This document shows, piece by piece, positions 23,832 through 37,082 of a stretch of DNA of 64,000 bases. Source of the DNA: Octopus vulgaris (lineage: Eukaryota); NCBI GenBank assembly GCA_951406725.2, contig OX597825.1:31930001-31994000 (forward strand), written 5' to 3'. The notes under the pieces were generated by a model that saw only the letters and a program-made list of their open reading frames with translations, had not been told where the DNA came from and did not search any database. The position numbers and the translations under genes are program-made. How positions within the stretch are numbered: position 1 is the stretch's first letter; each line of letters starts with the position of its first letter.

Positions 23832-25480
23832 GTATTTTTGAAATGTTTTGTTTTATTTTTTGAAATTCAGAAAAATAACTAAAATATTTTTTGAATACTT
23901 ATTTTCGTTTCATTATCATGGAGATATTTTAAACTCAATTTTTACTTTCCATATTGTGTATTTTGATTGGTCAAAATTGATGCGAAAAAATGAAGTGAGA
24001 TCTATAAGCATAAAAAATTTAATTAGGTAACAAAGTGTTTGCGTGTTTCAGATATATGTGACTCCAAAAGACTTCAAAATTCTTGCATTGCACTTTTTAG
24101 CTTGATTTCATTACTCAACTTCATCAAATAATGTCTGTTCTTCATGGCTCACATTGATATACTTAGCAAGAACTTATCTTTTGGATTCTGTGGATAGGTC
24201 ACAACTTTATTTTAGGTACCTTTTCTTTTTTTTGTCTCTGGGAGTTGTTGATGAACTCTGCCCCACAAGACAACAAATCGCTTGTCAATTTTACAGTGAT
24301 CTTCATTGCTTGCTACATACTTTAATATCTCAACACCTAGCATTGAATTATCTCCCATCCAATTTAAGGGGCTCTTCTGGTCTTGTGAGTTGGATGGCAC
24401 CCTTATGAGTGCTAGTGACATGAAAAATACCAAGGGCATCAAGCTATAGAAATCATGCCAAAGCACTGGTTGGAGCACAACATAGTCCTCCAGCCTGCTG
24501 GATCCTGTTGAATCATCCAATCCAAGGATTAGTGATGATGATTAAATTATTTTGACCACAGACAGTGCAACTGCTGACTTCTTGCTTCACCATGAAATGC
24601 CTTATTGCTTTGAGCCACACCTGCAATTTCTTAGCTGCAGATAGTTAATTGAAAACAGAGTTACACATCTTTTTCCTTAAATCACTGTTTAATATTACAA
24701 TATTACAATTTTTTTCCACGGTGACAGTAGATATTTAAATTTTGATAAAATATTCAGCATTTTCCCAATAAGAAAAATGTAAATAAGTCCTTTTTACAAT
24801 AGGCCTGAAATGTTGGGGAAAGTGGATAGTCAATTACATCAACCCCAGTACTTGACTGGTACTTATTTTATCAACCCTGAAAGGTAAAGTTGACCTCAGC
24901 AAAATTTGAACTCAGAACTTAATGAGTCAAAATGCTTAGCAGAATTTTGTCCAGTGTGCTGACGTTTCTAACAGCTCACCACCATGAAAATGTGAATAAT
25001 AATGAACCGTAACAGCTCAGAGTTTATTTCTGTTTTCGTAATCTCTATGAACACTGTCTTCAGAAATGATTGTTGCCCTCACATCACAGTTGCCATTTTA
25101 TCACCAGTGTATGTATTCTGTGTAGGTTTCAGTATTGGGGTCTTTGATAGTTAAAGTCTTTCCTTTTCTGCTGTTTTTTTTTCACTTAACTAGCTGAAAT
25201 AGGAAGAACTTAACCATCATAGCAATGGGTAAGATTAGGGTTGATTTTTAAATGATATTGCTTAATTACCTCATCTCATTCACCAACTGCTTCCTCTTCC
25301 TTGCTTTCACACACTCACACAGACGATTTGTGCTATTAACTTCTGGACGTAAGTTTATTACCAATGATAAAATATGTTGTGAAATTACCTCACCATTAAA
25401 GATATAATTTCTGTAATTTGAATTTCTAAATCAATTTCTCGGTAAATATAAATCTAATTAATGTTTGTTTTGTTTTCTAG

Positions 25481-25543
25481 TGAAAGAACTGTGTTTATTT
25501 TACCACCTGAGCCATCTGGACTGCCAGAAGGGGCCACATACAG
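25481..25543 (+). CDS. DENND4: DENND4 exon o ERTVFILPPEPSGLPEGATY
   Basis: ttctag| ... |gtaaaa; 63 nt, phase 2-2; SE.TVFI.PPEP motif. Confidence 0.92.
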
Positions 25544-26744
25544 GTAAAATTAGCTTTCTCTTTATTATCATACACACAATATTGAACAACTTCTGAATTG
25601 TTAACCAATATCAGCAGCAACAAGCAGCATATAATGTTATGTTAATTTCTTCTCTGCTGACATTCATTGAATAGATCTGCAAATACATCTTATTATCACT
25701 ACTTCATCCTGTGTTAGGTTTATGAGGTCTAACAATCTGAGATCCAGACTCCCTTTTCCCCGTGTCTTTTTTGTTCTTCCATTAAGATGCATGATTATCT
25801 GACAAATAAGGGCTGTCACTCAATTTCGAGCACAACTACACACCAGCATCCTTGCCTAACAAGTCTTTTCTTTCCTTTAACTTTAAAGGAGATTTCATTA
25901 GATTAGCGATTGATTGCGTACAGCATTCTGTCCCTAATCCTTTGATTTTATTCATTGTTTATGTCATGAATTTTTAATGTCTGGTTTTCCATGCTGGCTT
26001 GGGTTGAACAGTTTGACAAGATCGGGCAAACCAGGGGACAGTGCCAAGCTCTACTGACTGCTTTGGTATGGTTTCTATGGCTGGTTGCTCTTCATAACAC
26101 TGACCCCTTTATAGAGTGTACTGGGTGCTTTTTACATGGCACAAGCACCACTGAGGTCACCGAGTAACTTGCAAACCAAAAGCCCCTCAAGTGAGAGGTG
26201 AGAGTGATATCAAGGGAGGTAATTTTGTGCTAAGTGACGTGAGGTAAAACTCTGAGAGAGGGTCAGAAACAGGTGTCATGTGGAAGAGAAGATGCATGGT
26301 TACTGGAGTCAGAGGAGAGAGAGAATGAGAAAGATGGTTGTGACATACCAGGGTGTAACTTCAAGATACAAGGAGGTAAAAGTAAATGGAGTGGTAGAGG
26401 ACTGAACAGAATGAATAAACTGGGAGTTCATGGGAGTGCAAAGGGGGAGAGAAAGGGGAATGTAGTGAGGGGTGAAACAGGTATATATAGGGAAGCAACA
26501 GGATAGCAATGATGAAGTTATAGGGGGTTAGGATAGGAGAGAGAAATGACAGCAACATTGAACTACAGGTGTGTGTGTGGGAGAGACAGACAAGCTGGCA
26601 CAGTGCATGAAGAACTGTAGTTTGGTTCATTGGGGTGAGGTAGGTGAATTTTATATGTGGACAATAGATTTTTTTTTCTCGGTTCAATTTTATGTTCATA
26701 TTTGGAAACAAAAAAATAAAAGTGTTCATTTTATTCTTTTGTAG

Positions 26745-26886
26745 TTACAATGGATTTCCAGAGTTGAAACCAGAGTTGTTTCTGTTAAAGAAAGCTAGCA
26801 CTTCGTCTTTAGCTGGTAAACAGTCTGCCTGTCCAAACAGTCCGATTGCAAAACGTACCAAGCAAGAAGTGCGCATGGCACAGAAG
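26745..26886 (+). CDS. DENND4: DENND4 exon p YNGFPELKPELF...SPIAKRTKQEVRMAQK
   Basis: ttgtag| ... |gtaaag; 142 nt, phase 2-0. Confidence 0.94.
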
Positions 26887-26913
26887 GTAAAGAATATTTT
26901 CATCCCATTTATT

Positions 26914-26951
<38 letters not shown>

Positions 26952-27518
26952 ATCATCATTTAATGTCTGTTTTCTATGCTGCAGCATCAAAACAGGTTGG
27001 AGGATAGTTGTTGTGGTTTCTACAGTTGGCTTCTCTTCCTCATGCTAACCACTTCACAGAATATACTGTTTTTGCGGGGGGGTTTTGTGTGCATGAGGGC
27101 ACCAACCCTAGTAAGGTTGTCATGTAATTCACAAGATTAAAGAGCCCTCTCAACTTTAGTGTGGGAGTTGAAAGGGCAGTAACAGGTTTCTTGCTGTAGA
27201 GGAGATATCTGGCTTCCTCTATATAAGAGTATTATACCTGCAAAAGACAAAATTACTAAAGGTTACATACAACATGAGTCCTAGAACATTCTCGAAACTT
27301 GACAAAGAAAGCAAAACCATGCAGAGACATAGTGCAATTAGTGTTACTGCTTTTGGCCCAAGAAACATTACAAACCTCATGGAATATGCCAGCCCTGTTT
27401 GGGTCCCTAATTAAGCAAGAACAATCTTCAAAAGACACAAAACAAAGCACTGCCTGTTTTATCTGTTTTGTGGATGTGTGTGTGTATGCATGTCCATGAA
27501 TACATGAAATGGAATTCT

Positions 27519-27912
27519 AGGTGCAGGAGTGGCTGTGTGGTAAGTAGCTTGCTAACCAACCACATGGTTCCGGGTTCAGTCCCACTGCGTGGCACCTTGG
27601 GCAAGTGTCTTCTACTATAGCCTCGGGCCAACCAAAGCCTTGTGAGTGGATTTGGTAGACGGAAACTGAAAGAAGCCTGTCGTATATATGTATGTGTGTG
27701 TATATATTTGTCTGTGTTTGTCCCTCTAGCATTGCTTGACAACCGAAGCTGGTGTGTTTACCTCCCCGTCACCTAGCGGTTCGGCAAAAGAGACCGATAG
27801 AATAAGTACTGGGCTTACAAAGAATAAGTCCCGGGGTCGATTTGCTCGACTAAAATGTGGTGCTCCAGCATGGCCGCAGTCAAATGACTGAAACAAGTAA
27901 AAGAGTAAAGAG
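27519..27912 (+). mobile_element. tRNA-derived SINE family A, full length
   Basis: box A-like TGGCTGTGTGG, box B-like GGTTCAGTCCC, CCTTGGGCAAGTGTCTT core, internal microsatellite, (GTAAAAGA)-type tail. Confidence 0.92.
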
Positions 27913-28259
27913 TATGTCTTGTTAGTGCACTTTTAGAGACAATATGAACATGGAGACTTGATACACATTAAGGTTAGCTTTGTTTCATGAAAAAGACACT
28001 TACAATTAAAGCAAGCTTTTTAGTACATTTCTCATATTCTTTAATCTACCAGGCTGTCTTGATAAGTTTTAGTTTATTGGTTAACTTATTTGGAAACATT
28101 ATGCATGTGAATATAGGATGAGATGCAATTGATGAAAACAGAAATGTGTTTTTAAAATTAATTTCAATAGTTTGTCCTTCCAGAGAATTCCACTTTTGGA
28201 TAAACGTTTTACAATTTTTTTTCTTGTATATTATTTTATCGTGAACCTTCTTCATCCAG

Positions 28260-28445
28260 ATTGCCCAGCAGCAAGTTGGATCTCCTGATTTATGGGCGAA
28301 ATGTCTACTTGGACATTGTTATTGTTTGTGGTTTATTCATTTACCTGCATTTGTGAAGCTCAGCCAGTCAAAGCCGAGAGCCCTTAGACTAGCTTACGAC
28401 ATCTTGCAAAAGATGAATACAATAAAAGATATCCGTCCTGATGAA
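28260..28445 (+). CDS. DENND4: DENND4 exon q (PPR region) IAQQQVGSPDLWAKCLLGHCYCLWFIHLPAFV...PDE
   Basis: atccag| ... |gtaagt; 186 nt, phase 0-0. Confidence 0.95.
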
Positions 28446-28995
28446 GTAAGTGTGTTAATGTTTTTTCTAAACATTTCTTGATAGAACTAAAATTACTTTT
28501 TAATCTTACATATTTAAACATTTTTTTTTTTGTTTTTTCTTTTCCTCCTCTTTATGAAATAATTTTTTAAATGTATGATGATTTTTCTCTTATGTTGAAA
28601 ATAAAAACTATTTATTTTAACTCAAATTTTCCCAGGTTAAAATGGCTTCTTGTCATTGAAAACATTGGTCAACCTTTATAACATCAATTTTCTGTTGTAA
28701 TTGTAGTCAAGTTTTGTGGTGGGAAGATCTAGCTTTACCTTTATTTATCAATGTAAGGCATAATAAATATAGTAGCTTTTCCTGAGGCAATTGTTTTCAC
28801 TGTGAAATACTTGTGGAATTAATTTTATCAAAGAAATTGAAGCTGGTATTTGTCTTGGGGCAATTTCTTTTTGGTTTTCAAAATGCTTTTTATTCTCATT
28901 ACAATACATTTAATATAATTTCGAAACTAGGAATGACTTTTGTGTGTTGATTTTATCAGCATTACCACCAAATAATGTGAACCTAATATTTGCAG

Positions 28996-29124
28996 GTTTG
29001 TTATCGAGTGGTACTACAGCTGTGTGGTCAGTATAACGAGCCCACTCTTGCTGTTATGGTACTTTGTGAAATGAAACGTGTAGGTGTCCAGCCAAATGCC
29101 ATTACTTATGGATATTACAACAAG
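28996..29124 (+). CDS. DENND4: DENND4 exon r (PPR) [13 protein letters not shown]...[11 protein letters not shown]
   Basis: ttgcag| ... |gtcagt; 129 nt, phase 0-0. Confidence 0.96.
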
Positions 29125-29156
29125 GTCAGTATCACTTTGTTTTTTATTCACTTTAA

Positions 29157-29381
29157 CCCTTTCCATACCAACCTGCCCTACACTGTCCTTAGTTCTATCG
29201 TACAAATTTTTCTTTCTTAAGTGATGTAAATTAAAACTTCATATCAGACTTTCATGTTAATTAATTCTCCAAATGCCAACTTAATTTTGTGACAAAGTTA
29301 TTTTTGTAAACTATTAATTATTTTCAAATTTAATTGAAACAAAGAAACTGTGTTTCACCAGAAATATGGTAACCAAAAGGT
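29157..29381. mobile_element. Diverged piggyBac-like MITE family 1, opposite orientation
   Basis: TTAACCCTTT start; body matches the reverse complement of the 10460 copy. Confidence 0.7.
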
Positions 29382-30897
29382 TTTTTTTTTCTTTTCTATT
29401 TACCGCTTGCTGTTTCATCTTCTGAAAACATAAGGCAGAGAAGTTTTTCTTCCCTTTATCAACTGCTCTAAAAGTATAAACAAGGCACATGAATTTGCAA
29501 CACCAGAACTAGAGAAATTATGTTCCTTTGCTTGGAGACCTTTTTTTCCATTCTTTGCTGGTGTCAGCATATATGAGTAAAAGGCACATAAGTCTGCAAC
29601 TTCAAACGATTTTCCTTTTTTTTTTCTCATAAGTCTTTAGAGCATTGCTACATTACATTATTTCATGTGATTATTATTTTCATCCCCTTTGCTTATACAT
29701 GCTGATTACCCTGATCATCTAATCTCATTATTACTGTCATCATCATTATGGGCAATGAAGCAGTAGAAATTCCAAACCATATTTAGTAGCCTTTCTTTTT
29801 TTTTAATCATTATTGTCTTTGAGGGCAACAAATTGGCAGAGTCACTTGTGTCAGAAAATATTCCTTGCAGTATTTGTTCTGGCCTTTTACATTCTGTAGT
29901 CAAACTTCATTGTAGTCAACTTTGCCTTTCATCTGTCCTGGTTCAATAAAATAAAGTATCAGTTTAGTACTTGTCAATGTAATCAGCCAACTCCCTCCCT
30001 TAAAAATTGCTGTCCTTGCACCTAAATTAGAAAGAGTTGTTATTAATACAGCAGTCAAAATATTTTGTGATATTTACCTAGATTCCTTTAAGTTCTAGGT
30101 TCATATGTTGTTGGTTGAATTTGCATTTCAACTTTAAGAATCATAAAATAAAGTCTCAATTGAATGGTGGGTTTGGTATTAGCCTCAATACCTTCCCTCC
30201 CAAAATGTGCCATTGTGTCTGTATTAGAAATCATGTCTATTGTTGTGGGTGATTGCAGATATAGTAGTGTTAGGCAAAATAATTGTTGCAGTGTATTTGG
30301 TGTTAGAAAATGTAGAGGTCTAGATATCAGCAACAGTTGAGGCATGGTCATGGTCTGGATAAGATTAGCTTTACTATTTAGTTACGTTTCATTTCAAGTT
30401 CAAATCTCACTGGTATTCACTTTTCCTGTCATTTCTCTGAGGTCAATAAAAGAAATTCTACTAACATACTGAAAATAAATTCCACTGTCTCTATTTCTTT
30501 CACAACATGGCCATGTATCAACCATTATTTTGATTCGCTTAGATTTATGCTATTGCCACAATTAATAAAACAACTACCACTCTTTTATTGGTGTTAATTA
30601 ACTTGAGTATATCATTAACCTACAAATTTATTTCCCTGAGCCTGTATAAGAAATCATATTATTATTCAAGGTGGGTAGATAGCAAAATCTGAAGAACACT
30701 GGACAAAAATATTTGGGGGGGATTTAATTTTAAATTCAATCCAGCCATGGTCAACTTTGTTTTTTATGCATTCAAGAATGATAAAACAAATAAATACCAT
30801 CTATGTATTGGGGTTGATATAATTAATTATTGCTTGTACTTAAATTTCTAGCTTTGTATATGTCTTAGAAATTATTATTATTGTTATTTTAATTTAG

Positions 30898-31228
30898 GCT
30901 GTCCTTGAGAGCAAATGGCCAAGTGATACCAAGAATGGTTTACTGCTATGGAAGAAATTGCGTAATGTGATTACAGCTATTGCACAGTTGCGAAAGGGTT
31001 TGTTACACCAACGAAGTAGCACAGCTTACTGCTATAACTCTGAAAGTGATTACGACCAAGTCAGCCACACCAGCAATGACAGCTGCATAGATGAGGCTGC
31101 AGTCAGTAGCACTGATGCTAACAGTGGTGGCACCACGGGTAATAGAATTATTGCCAAAGCAGATCTTGGTTCTGATATGGTTGTGACTTGTTCTAATAAA
31201 GTAGCCAATGAAGAAAGAATGAGTACAG
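30898..31228 (+). CDS. DENND4: DENND4 exon s AVLESKWPSDTKNGLLLWKKLRNVI...EERMST
   Basis: atttag| ... |gtaagg; 331 nt, phase 0-1. Confidence 0.94.
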
Positions 31229-31290
31229 GTAAGGGAAACAGAGATGTTTCACTAAATTCCTTTTCTATGTTTTTTTTTATCTTTTGTCTT

Positions 31291-31650
31291 TTACTTGTTT
31301 TTGTCATTTGACTGCAGCTATGCTGGAGCACTGCCTTGATTTTTAGTCAAACGAATCAACACTAATATTTTTTTTTAAGTCCGGTACTTATCCTATCACT
31401 AAGTTATAGGAGCATTAACAAACCAACACTATTTGCCATGCAGTGATGTGGGGCAAACACCAAAGAGACACACATAGATGCATATATTTACAATGGTTTT
31501 CTTTCGGTTTCCATCTACCATATCCACTCACAAGGCTATGGCTGGCCCAGGGTTGTAGTAGAAGACATTTGCCCTAAGTGCCACACAGTGGGACTGAACC
31601 AAAAACAATGGTTAAAAAGCAAACTTCTTACTACACAGCCATGCCTGCAT
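31291..31650 (-). mobile_element. SINE family A, diverged
   Basis: colinear with the 4248-4638 copy. Confidence 0.85.
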
Positions 31651-33350
31651 CTATTTTGTAAGTTTAAAGATTTTTTTTTTTTCACATTTTTACCAGTTTC
31701 CTCTAGGAAGGAAACTTCTAAGTTCCTCAAAAAAGAAACTTCTTTTTAATAAACACTCACCATTTATACTCACATGGTGACAGTATGGAAGACACAGAGA
31801 AATATACATACACACATACAACAGACTTACTTATAGTTTTTTTCTACTAGATTGTATTCGCAAGTCATTGGTTGATTGAAGGCCTTAGTTGAAAGCTCTT
31901 GTCCAAGGTGCAACTTAGTGGGATGGAACTCCTGACCACTTGGTTGTAAATCAAAATTCTTAATCACACCTCCATGCCAATTATATCAAATATAAACACT
32001 AGAATTCAAGGAAACTAGTAATGGTTTGAATCTCCAACTGTCTGATTGTCTATAAATATGTAGAAGTAAGACATGTTGGTGAAATAGTTACCCTGATCTT
32101 AGTATAAATGATATTAAAAATTCTAAGCAGCGATGTGAGAGAGAAAATAACAACAGGCTCCATTGACAAGATAGAAACTATGTATTGTCAGTAGACTAGC
32201 ATAGTTAAAATTGGAATGGATACAAAGAAGAGGAATGGCTGGCCCTCTGTAGTGTAATCAGCAACACAGTCAGCTGGCATGTAATAATAGATATATGGGT
32301 TCAAGCCTGTCATATAACCTGTTCCTCTTTGTTATTCACACTGGCTCTTAAAATATTTATTCATTATCATTTAACATCCATTTCCTGTGCTGGCATCAAC
32401 TGGATAGTTTGATAGAAGCTGGCAAGCCAAGAGGAGTGTGCCAAGCTCTGCTGTCTTCTTTGGTATGGTTTCTAAGGCTGGATGCCCTTCCTTAATACCA
32501 AATACAAATATAAATGTAAATACATAGTGAACATCAAGTAGATTTTAAGAATTGTCAGTTTTAATTGGATGAGAAATAATAATCTCCCCTTGGCTATGTC
32601 ATCAATGTCTTATAAGGACCTATCCTGTTTATCAGATGCCACTTCTAGACAGGTGAATTGCAGCAAGGTAAAATAATGTTCTGTTCCAAAATATGATGAA
32701 ACACCTGATATACACACCAGGTGGCCCAGTACCTTATTTCAACATCTCTGCTAAATGTTACTTGGTTTAAATTTTATTTATTTTGTAGAAGTGAATTGTT
32801 AATTAACAGGATTTATAAATATTCTTACAGCAATATTTGTGGTATTTAACGTTTTTTTAAAACTTGGGATACATTTAGAAAATACAGTGCTTTATGAGTT
32901 CTTATATTATTGATTTGTTATAACAAGTCTTAAAAATATTCCATGCCACCACAACATCTTGATATATTGATTAGTTATTGTAATATTGATATTTATATTT
33001 GTTGTAAAGTATTAAGTCTTTATTATATTGATTTTATTATCTTTATTACAGCATTGATTCATTATTACATTTGTTGTAATATTGGTTCACAGCGACACTT
33101 GTTTATAATCTTGCTCTGTCATATTCATTATTCATTTATGGTATTTATTATAATATTGGGCAACTCAAGGATGTCTGCCTTGAAATGAAGTTGTTTGTAA
33201 TCCATATCTTTCCTTCAAGCATTTATATATGTTAGTATGTTAATGCATGCCCATGTGCTATTTCAAAACAGCTGCTGCTGTACTCTGCATGCCCTATGCT
33301 ATTCTAAATCCTTCTCTCTCCATGCTGAGAATGTATTCTGATGGTTTCAG

Positions 33351-33545
33351 GGGGAGCATCAGATAGAGGTTATAGCTCTATGACTCAAGAAGATGCCAAG
33401 ACCCTATATGGAGCCCTTTCCTCAGCAGAACAGGCTCAGCAGCAGCATAACACTAATAATTCCAGTAAGACAAAAGATTCCAAACACTCTCGCTCCAGTA
33501 TATGCTGGAAGATCAGAAGTAAAAGCACTACTGAAGAATTATCAG
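33351..33545 (+). CDS. DENND4: DENND4 exon t GASDRGYSSMTQED...STTEELS
   Basis: tttcag| ... |gtgaaa; 195 nt, phase 1-1; GG.SD.GY.S motif as in vertebrate DENND4. Confidence 0.85.
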
Positions 33546-34089
33546 GTGAAAGAGATTGTATTGGTTTTTTTTTTTTCTCTTTGTTGTTCCAGAATTTCTT
33601 CTCCTGCCATTTTACTTAGACAGGCTTTAATTTACAATCTATTCCTTTGTGTTGATTATTCTATGTTTTCTTCAGTTTTCTTCTCATATTTCTTCACTTT
33701 ATGTTTGGATAATTTATTTCTTTATTGTTTAATGTTTCTAAAAGAAATATTTCATGTTTTGAGTTTTCTTTAAAACACAAAAAGGAAAAAGGAAGAAATT
33801 GCAGTATTTTTCTTTCTGTGTTTTATTGTCTTTTAATTCTTTTGAATTACTTTTCAATATAAAATATTTTGAAGATAAATTGCATTTGTAATTATTGAAA
33901 CTTTGATTAAGAAACTTTATGAGATTTGAGAGACATGAAAGATTTTAAAAAGTATCTTTTCATTATTGATATTAGTACTATTCCACAGTGAAAAATGCCT
34001 GAATTTGGCAGTAATAATTAACAGATGAACCCCTGTAGAAATGTTCACATGATTTTAAAGTTAATTGCTTTAATAATTAGAGACTAGTA

Positions 34090-34430
34090 GATTGATTGAG
34101 GATGTTTAAGACAATGCACTCCAGGCAAGTGCACAGACCAGTTGGGTGACCCATTGAAAGAGATGGAAGTGAACAACAAATCTGGCAACAATGATCAATC
34201 TGTGAAAACTGCCTTATTTTGGTCATATTATCCGAGCTCAGAACTGCTGCACTCACATCCTCAGTGGCTGGTTGAATGGAAAACAGGTTTGCCTGTGACA
34301 GACATGAGGACAAAGTGATGATATCAGGGACTGAAAGGGGAGATCCCTGGCAGAGTGTACGGCTGCAACATTAGACAACAGTCTGTGAAGCAGGGTCTGT
34401 TCAACACCCCTGGCCCTTATCCTTGAAGAT
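34090..34430 (+). mobile_element. Degenerate RTE LINE 3' fragment
   Basis: reads *KLPYFGHIIRAQN..THILSG...G...SDDIRD*KGRSLAEC, an RTE C-terminal motif with stops. Confidence 0.75.
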
Positions 34431-34453
34431 GAAAATATTCATGCATTCATTTA

Positions 34454-34660
34454 ACCCTTTATTATTTAGATTACTCTCTCAAATGTAATGCTTATTTATT
34501 CACATTGTTTTGAATTGATCGTGCATTATGTCATAGCTAGAAGACTTTGATGATGTGATTGATCATTTTTAGATTGACATTGTAGGGTAGGTGTGAGAGG
34601 CCAGGTCTAATTATTTGAAGAAAATTTTGGCTGGATCTGACCAGTTTAAATGATAAAGGG
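34454..34660. mobile_element. piggyBac-like MITE family 2
   Basis: TTAACCCTTT ... AAAGGGTT termini. Confidence 0.7.
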
Positions 34661-35091
34661 TTGTGTGATACACAAATGCCTTTTAGTATTTTGTTATTTT
34701 ACTTTCCAAGTTCAAATCTCGCCAACGTTAATTCACCTTTCATTCCTCCTGGGTCAATAAAATTAAGTACTGATCAAGTACTGAGTTTGAATCAGTCAAC
34801 TATACCCCACTCAGTCTAACTCCTAACATGTGACCATGTGCCAGTGTTTTTGAAATCAATTTTTAAAGACTAATAAATCATTAGTGTTTTAATTGCACCT
34901 ATCACATTATTAGACCAAGAAAATGTTCTAAAGCATTGTTTTTTATTTTCCTCCACAATTTGTATTATAATGTCCAAAATTGACATTACTACTTTTTTTG
35001 TTTGTTCTTTTTTAAACTATTGTAATATGTTTGATATAACATTTAAGGAATCCAATGTCTTAGTTTAACACCCAGTATTAATGGTTAGTTT

Positions 35092-35580
35092 CATCATCAT
35101 CATCATTTAATGTCTGCTTTCCATGCTAGCATGGGTTGGACGATTTGACTGACGTCTGGCAAACCAAACTGCAATCTGATCTGGCAGAGTTACTACAGTT
35201 GGATGCCCTTCCTAACACCAACCACTCTGAGAGTGCAGTGGGTGCTTTTACGTGCCACCTGTTTGAGGGCCAGTTTGGTGGAACTGGCAACGGCCATGCC
35301 CAAATGGTGCTTTTTATGTCCCACCTGCACAGGAGCCAGTCCAGCGGCACTGGCGACGACCTCGCTTGAATATTTCACATGCCACCAGCATAAGTGCTAG
35401 TAAGGTGATGCGGTAATGATTACGCTCGAATGGTGTGTTTAACATGCCACCGGCACGAAGGCCAGCTTGTTGCTCTGGCAATGATCTCATTTGTATGGTA
35501 CTCTTAGCGCTCCATTAGCAACGGATGCCAGTCACAGAGTTTGATTTCGACTTCAATTTCAATTTCACTCTCCTCAACCG
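35092..35580 (-). mobile_element. SINE with RTE-type tail ((GAT)n end) and internal approx. 65-bp tandem units
   Basis: CATCATCAT..TTTCCATGCTAGCATGGGTTGGAC..GGATGCCCTTCCTAACACCAACCAC; shorter copies at about 15540, 18318, 25975, 32365 and 62970. Confidence 0.8.
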
Positions 35581-36051
35581 GTCTTTAACCATTCTAATTA
35601 GTCAACAATACTTTTGGAAATATTTTCAGATTGATAATCTTTCTTTTTTCTCTTTTACTAAAATCATATTGATATTACCTGCCTTAAAACCACATTAATG
35701 GCATTACTTTGGAATCACAGTCATACCATTAACTGCCTGGAGGACATATCGATGATGTTAAGCACTTTAAAAGTTAAAGTTTTCCTGTTATCATCTCACC
35801 AACTTCAATTAATTTTGAGACTATGAAATAAAGAAATTACATTTTTAACCTACTCTCATTCCTTATTTGACTGTAATTCTTCTGCCACATTTTGGAACAT
35901 TAGCTGTAATTTTTCTCTCTGTTAGGGACATGTTAGTAGTATTAGTTTTTACACATTTACTAATATTTTTTAAGGTTTGTTATTAATGAACTTTTCCCAT
36001 TTTTTTTTTTTTCACTTCATTAAACTTATTAAATATTTTTTTTTTTTCCAG

Positions 36052-36201
36052 CACTAGCAAATTCCAACAGCTCTGATAGTTCCCATTCCAATAATAACTT
36101 CATTGGCTCTCAGTTCCGAACTCGTGTTGGCAGCATTATGAGAAGATCAGCTAAGAATATCACCAGTACTGAAAGTATTGAAGCATTGAAAACAAACCTC
36201 T
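36052..36201 (+). CDS. DENND4: DENND4 exon u LANSNSSDSSHSNNNFIGSQFRTRVGSIMRRS...KTNL
   Basis: long poly-T tract then cag| ... |gtaaat; 150 nt, open, phase 1-1; absent from the ORF track. Confidence 0.72.
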
Positions 36202-36268
36202 GTAAATATCTTTCTCTGTTTTTATTTCCTTATAAAAAAACTGCTGTCCAGTTTTCATTTGCAAATTA

Positions 36269-36466
36269 CTGTATTTTCTAACATACAAATCAAATTTTTT
36301 AGACCAAAATTTACAACAAAAAAAAAAAAGGTAGGTTGACTTATGTACCAAAATGATTTTGGAGGCCCAAAAATTCCTTGTGAAAGAATTTGGAAAGATA
36401 TTGACTGTTTGAATGTTAACATGTTTACACTACATACTATGTTGACTTGTATGCCAGGAAATACAC
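36269..36466. mobile_element. Tc1/pogo-type MITE with TA TSD
   Basis: TA|CTGTATTTTCTAACATACAAATCAA ... TTGACTTGTATGCCAGGAAATACAC|TA imperfect TIRs. Confidence 0.65.
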
Positions 36467-36591
36467 TAAAATGTTGGTTTTTTCCAATATTGTCTTCTCT
36501 TAGAATTGTTGAGAAAGATGTGACAGAAAGTTAATAGAATAATAATATTTTTATTTGCTTTTTTTTTAGTAGTAAATAATGTTAATTAGTG

Positions 36592-36956
36592 TTATTACCT
36601 CCACTTTAGTGAAGGCAAGGATAATGTTTTCAGTCATGTTCATTTGTTTTTCCATGGACATCTCAAGAACCGCTGGATGGATTTAGATGAAACTTTGCGG
36701 GATGTTTGGCCTCGTGTCTTGCACAAACTGATTAGATTTTGGGATCGATCCAGTACTGGACAAGGATTCTGGATTATTTTTCCAGTTCTTTTTTTTACTT
36801 AAATTTGAGCGCTCAGGTTCATTTTTAGTATTCTCGTTTGCGAAAGCAATCGAGTTTATTTCAGATGTTCTCATTTTAAAATCCCTCCCTGGCTAATTGT
36901 TGAGAGGATATTGGTGTTACCTTGGCGTAGGTTTGCACTCTCCAAGTGCTCTTGTT
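36592..36956 (+). mobile_element. Helentron-associated (HINE/DINE-1-like) non-autonomous element
   Basis: TTATTACCTCCAC start, degenerate subterminal inverted repeat GGCGTAGGT, 3' hairpin GCACT-ctcca-AGTGC, TT context. Confidence 0.7.
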
Positions 36957-37082
36957 GAAATTTGAATATTTGTTAATGGCATATCTGTTTTATGTGTAAC
37001 ATTGTAGTTTTTTTGTTTGTTTGTTTAGATCTCATTACTCTACCAAATCTGATGTTTTTTTTTTCATTCTCCTTTTTAACAG

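Noticed and set aside
27519-27600. tRNA gene-like sequence (also at 45975, 43070-43140 and 50961)
   Set aside because: These are SINE heads with A/B boxes but no complete cloverleaf.
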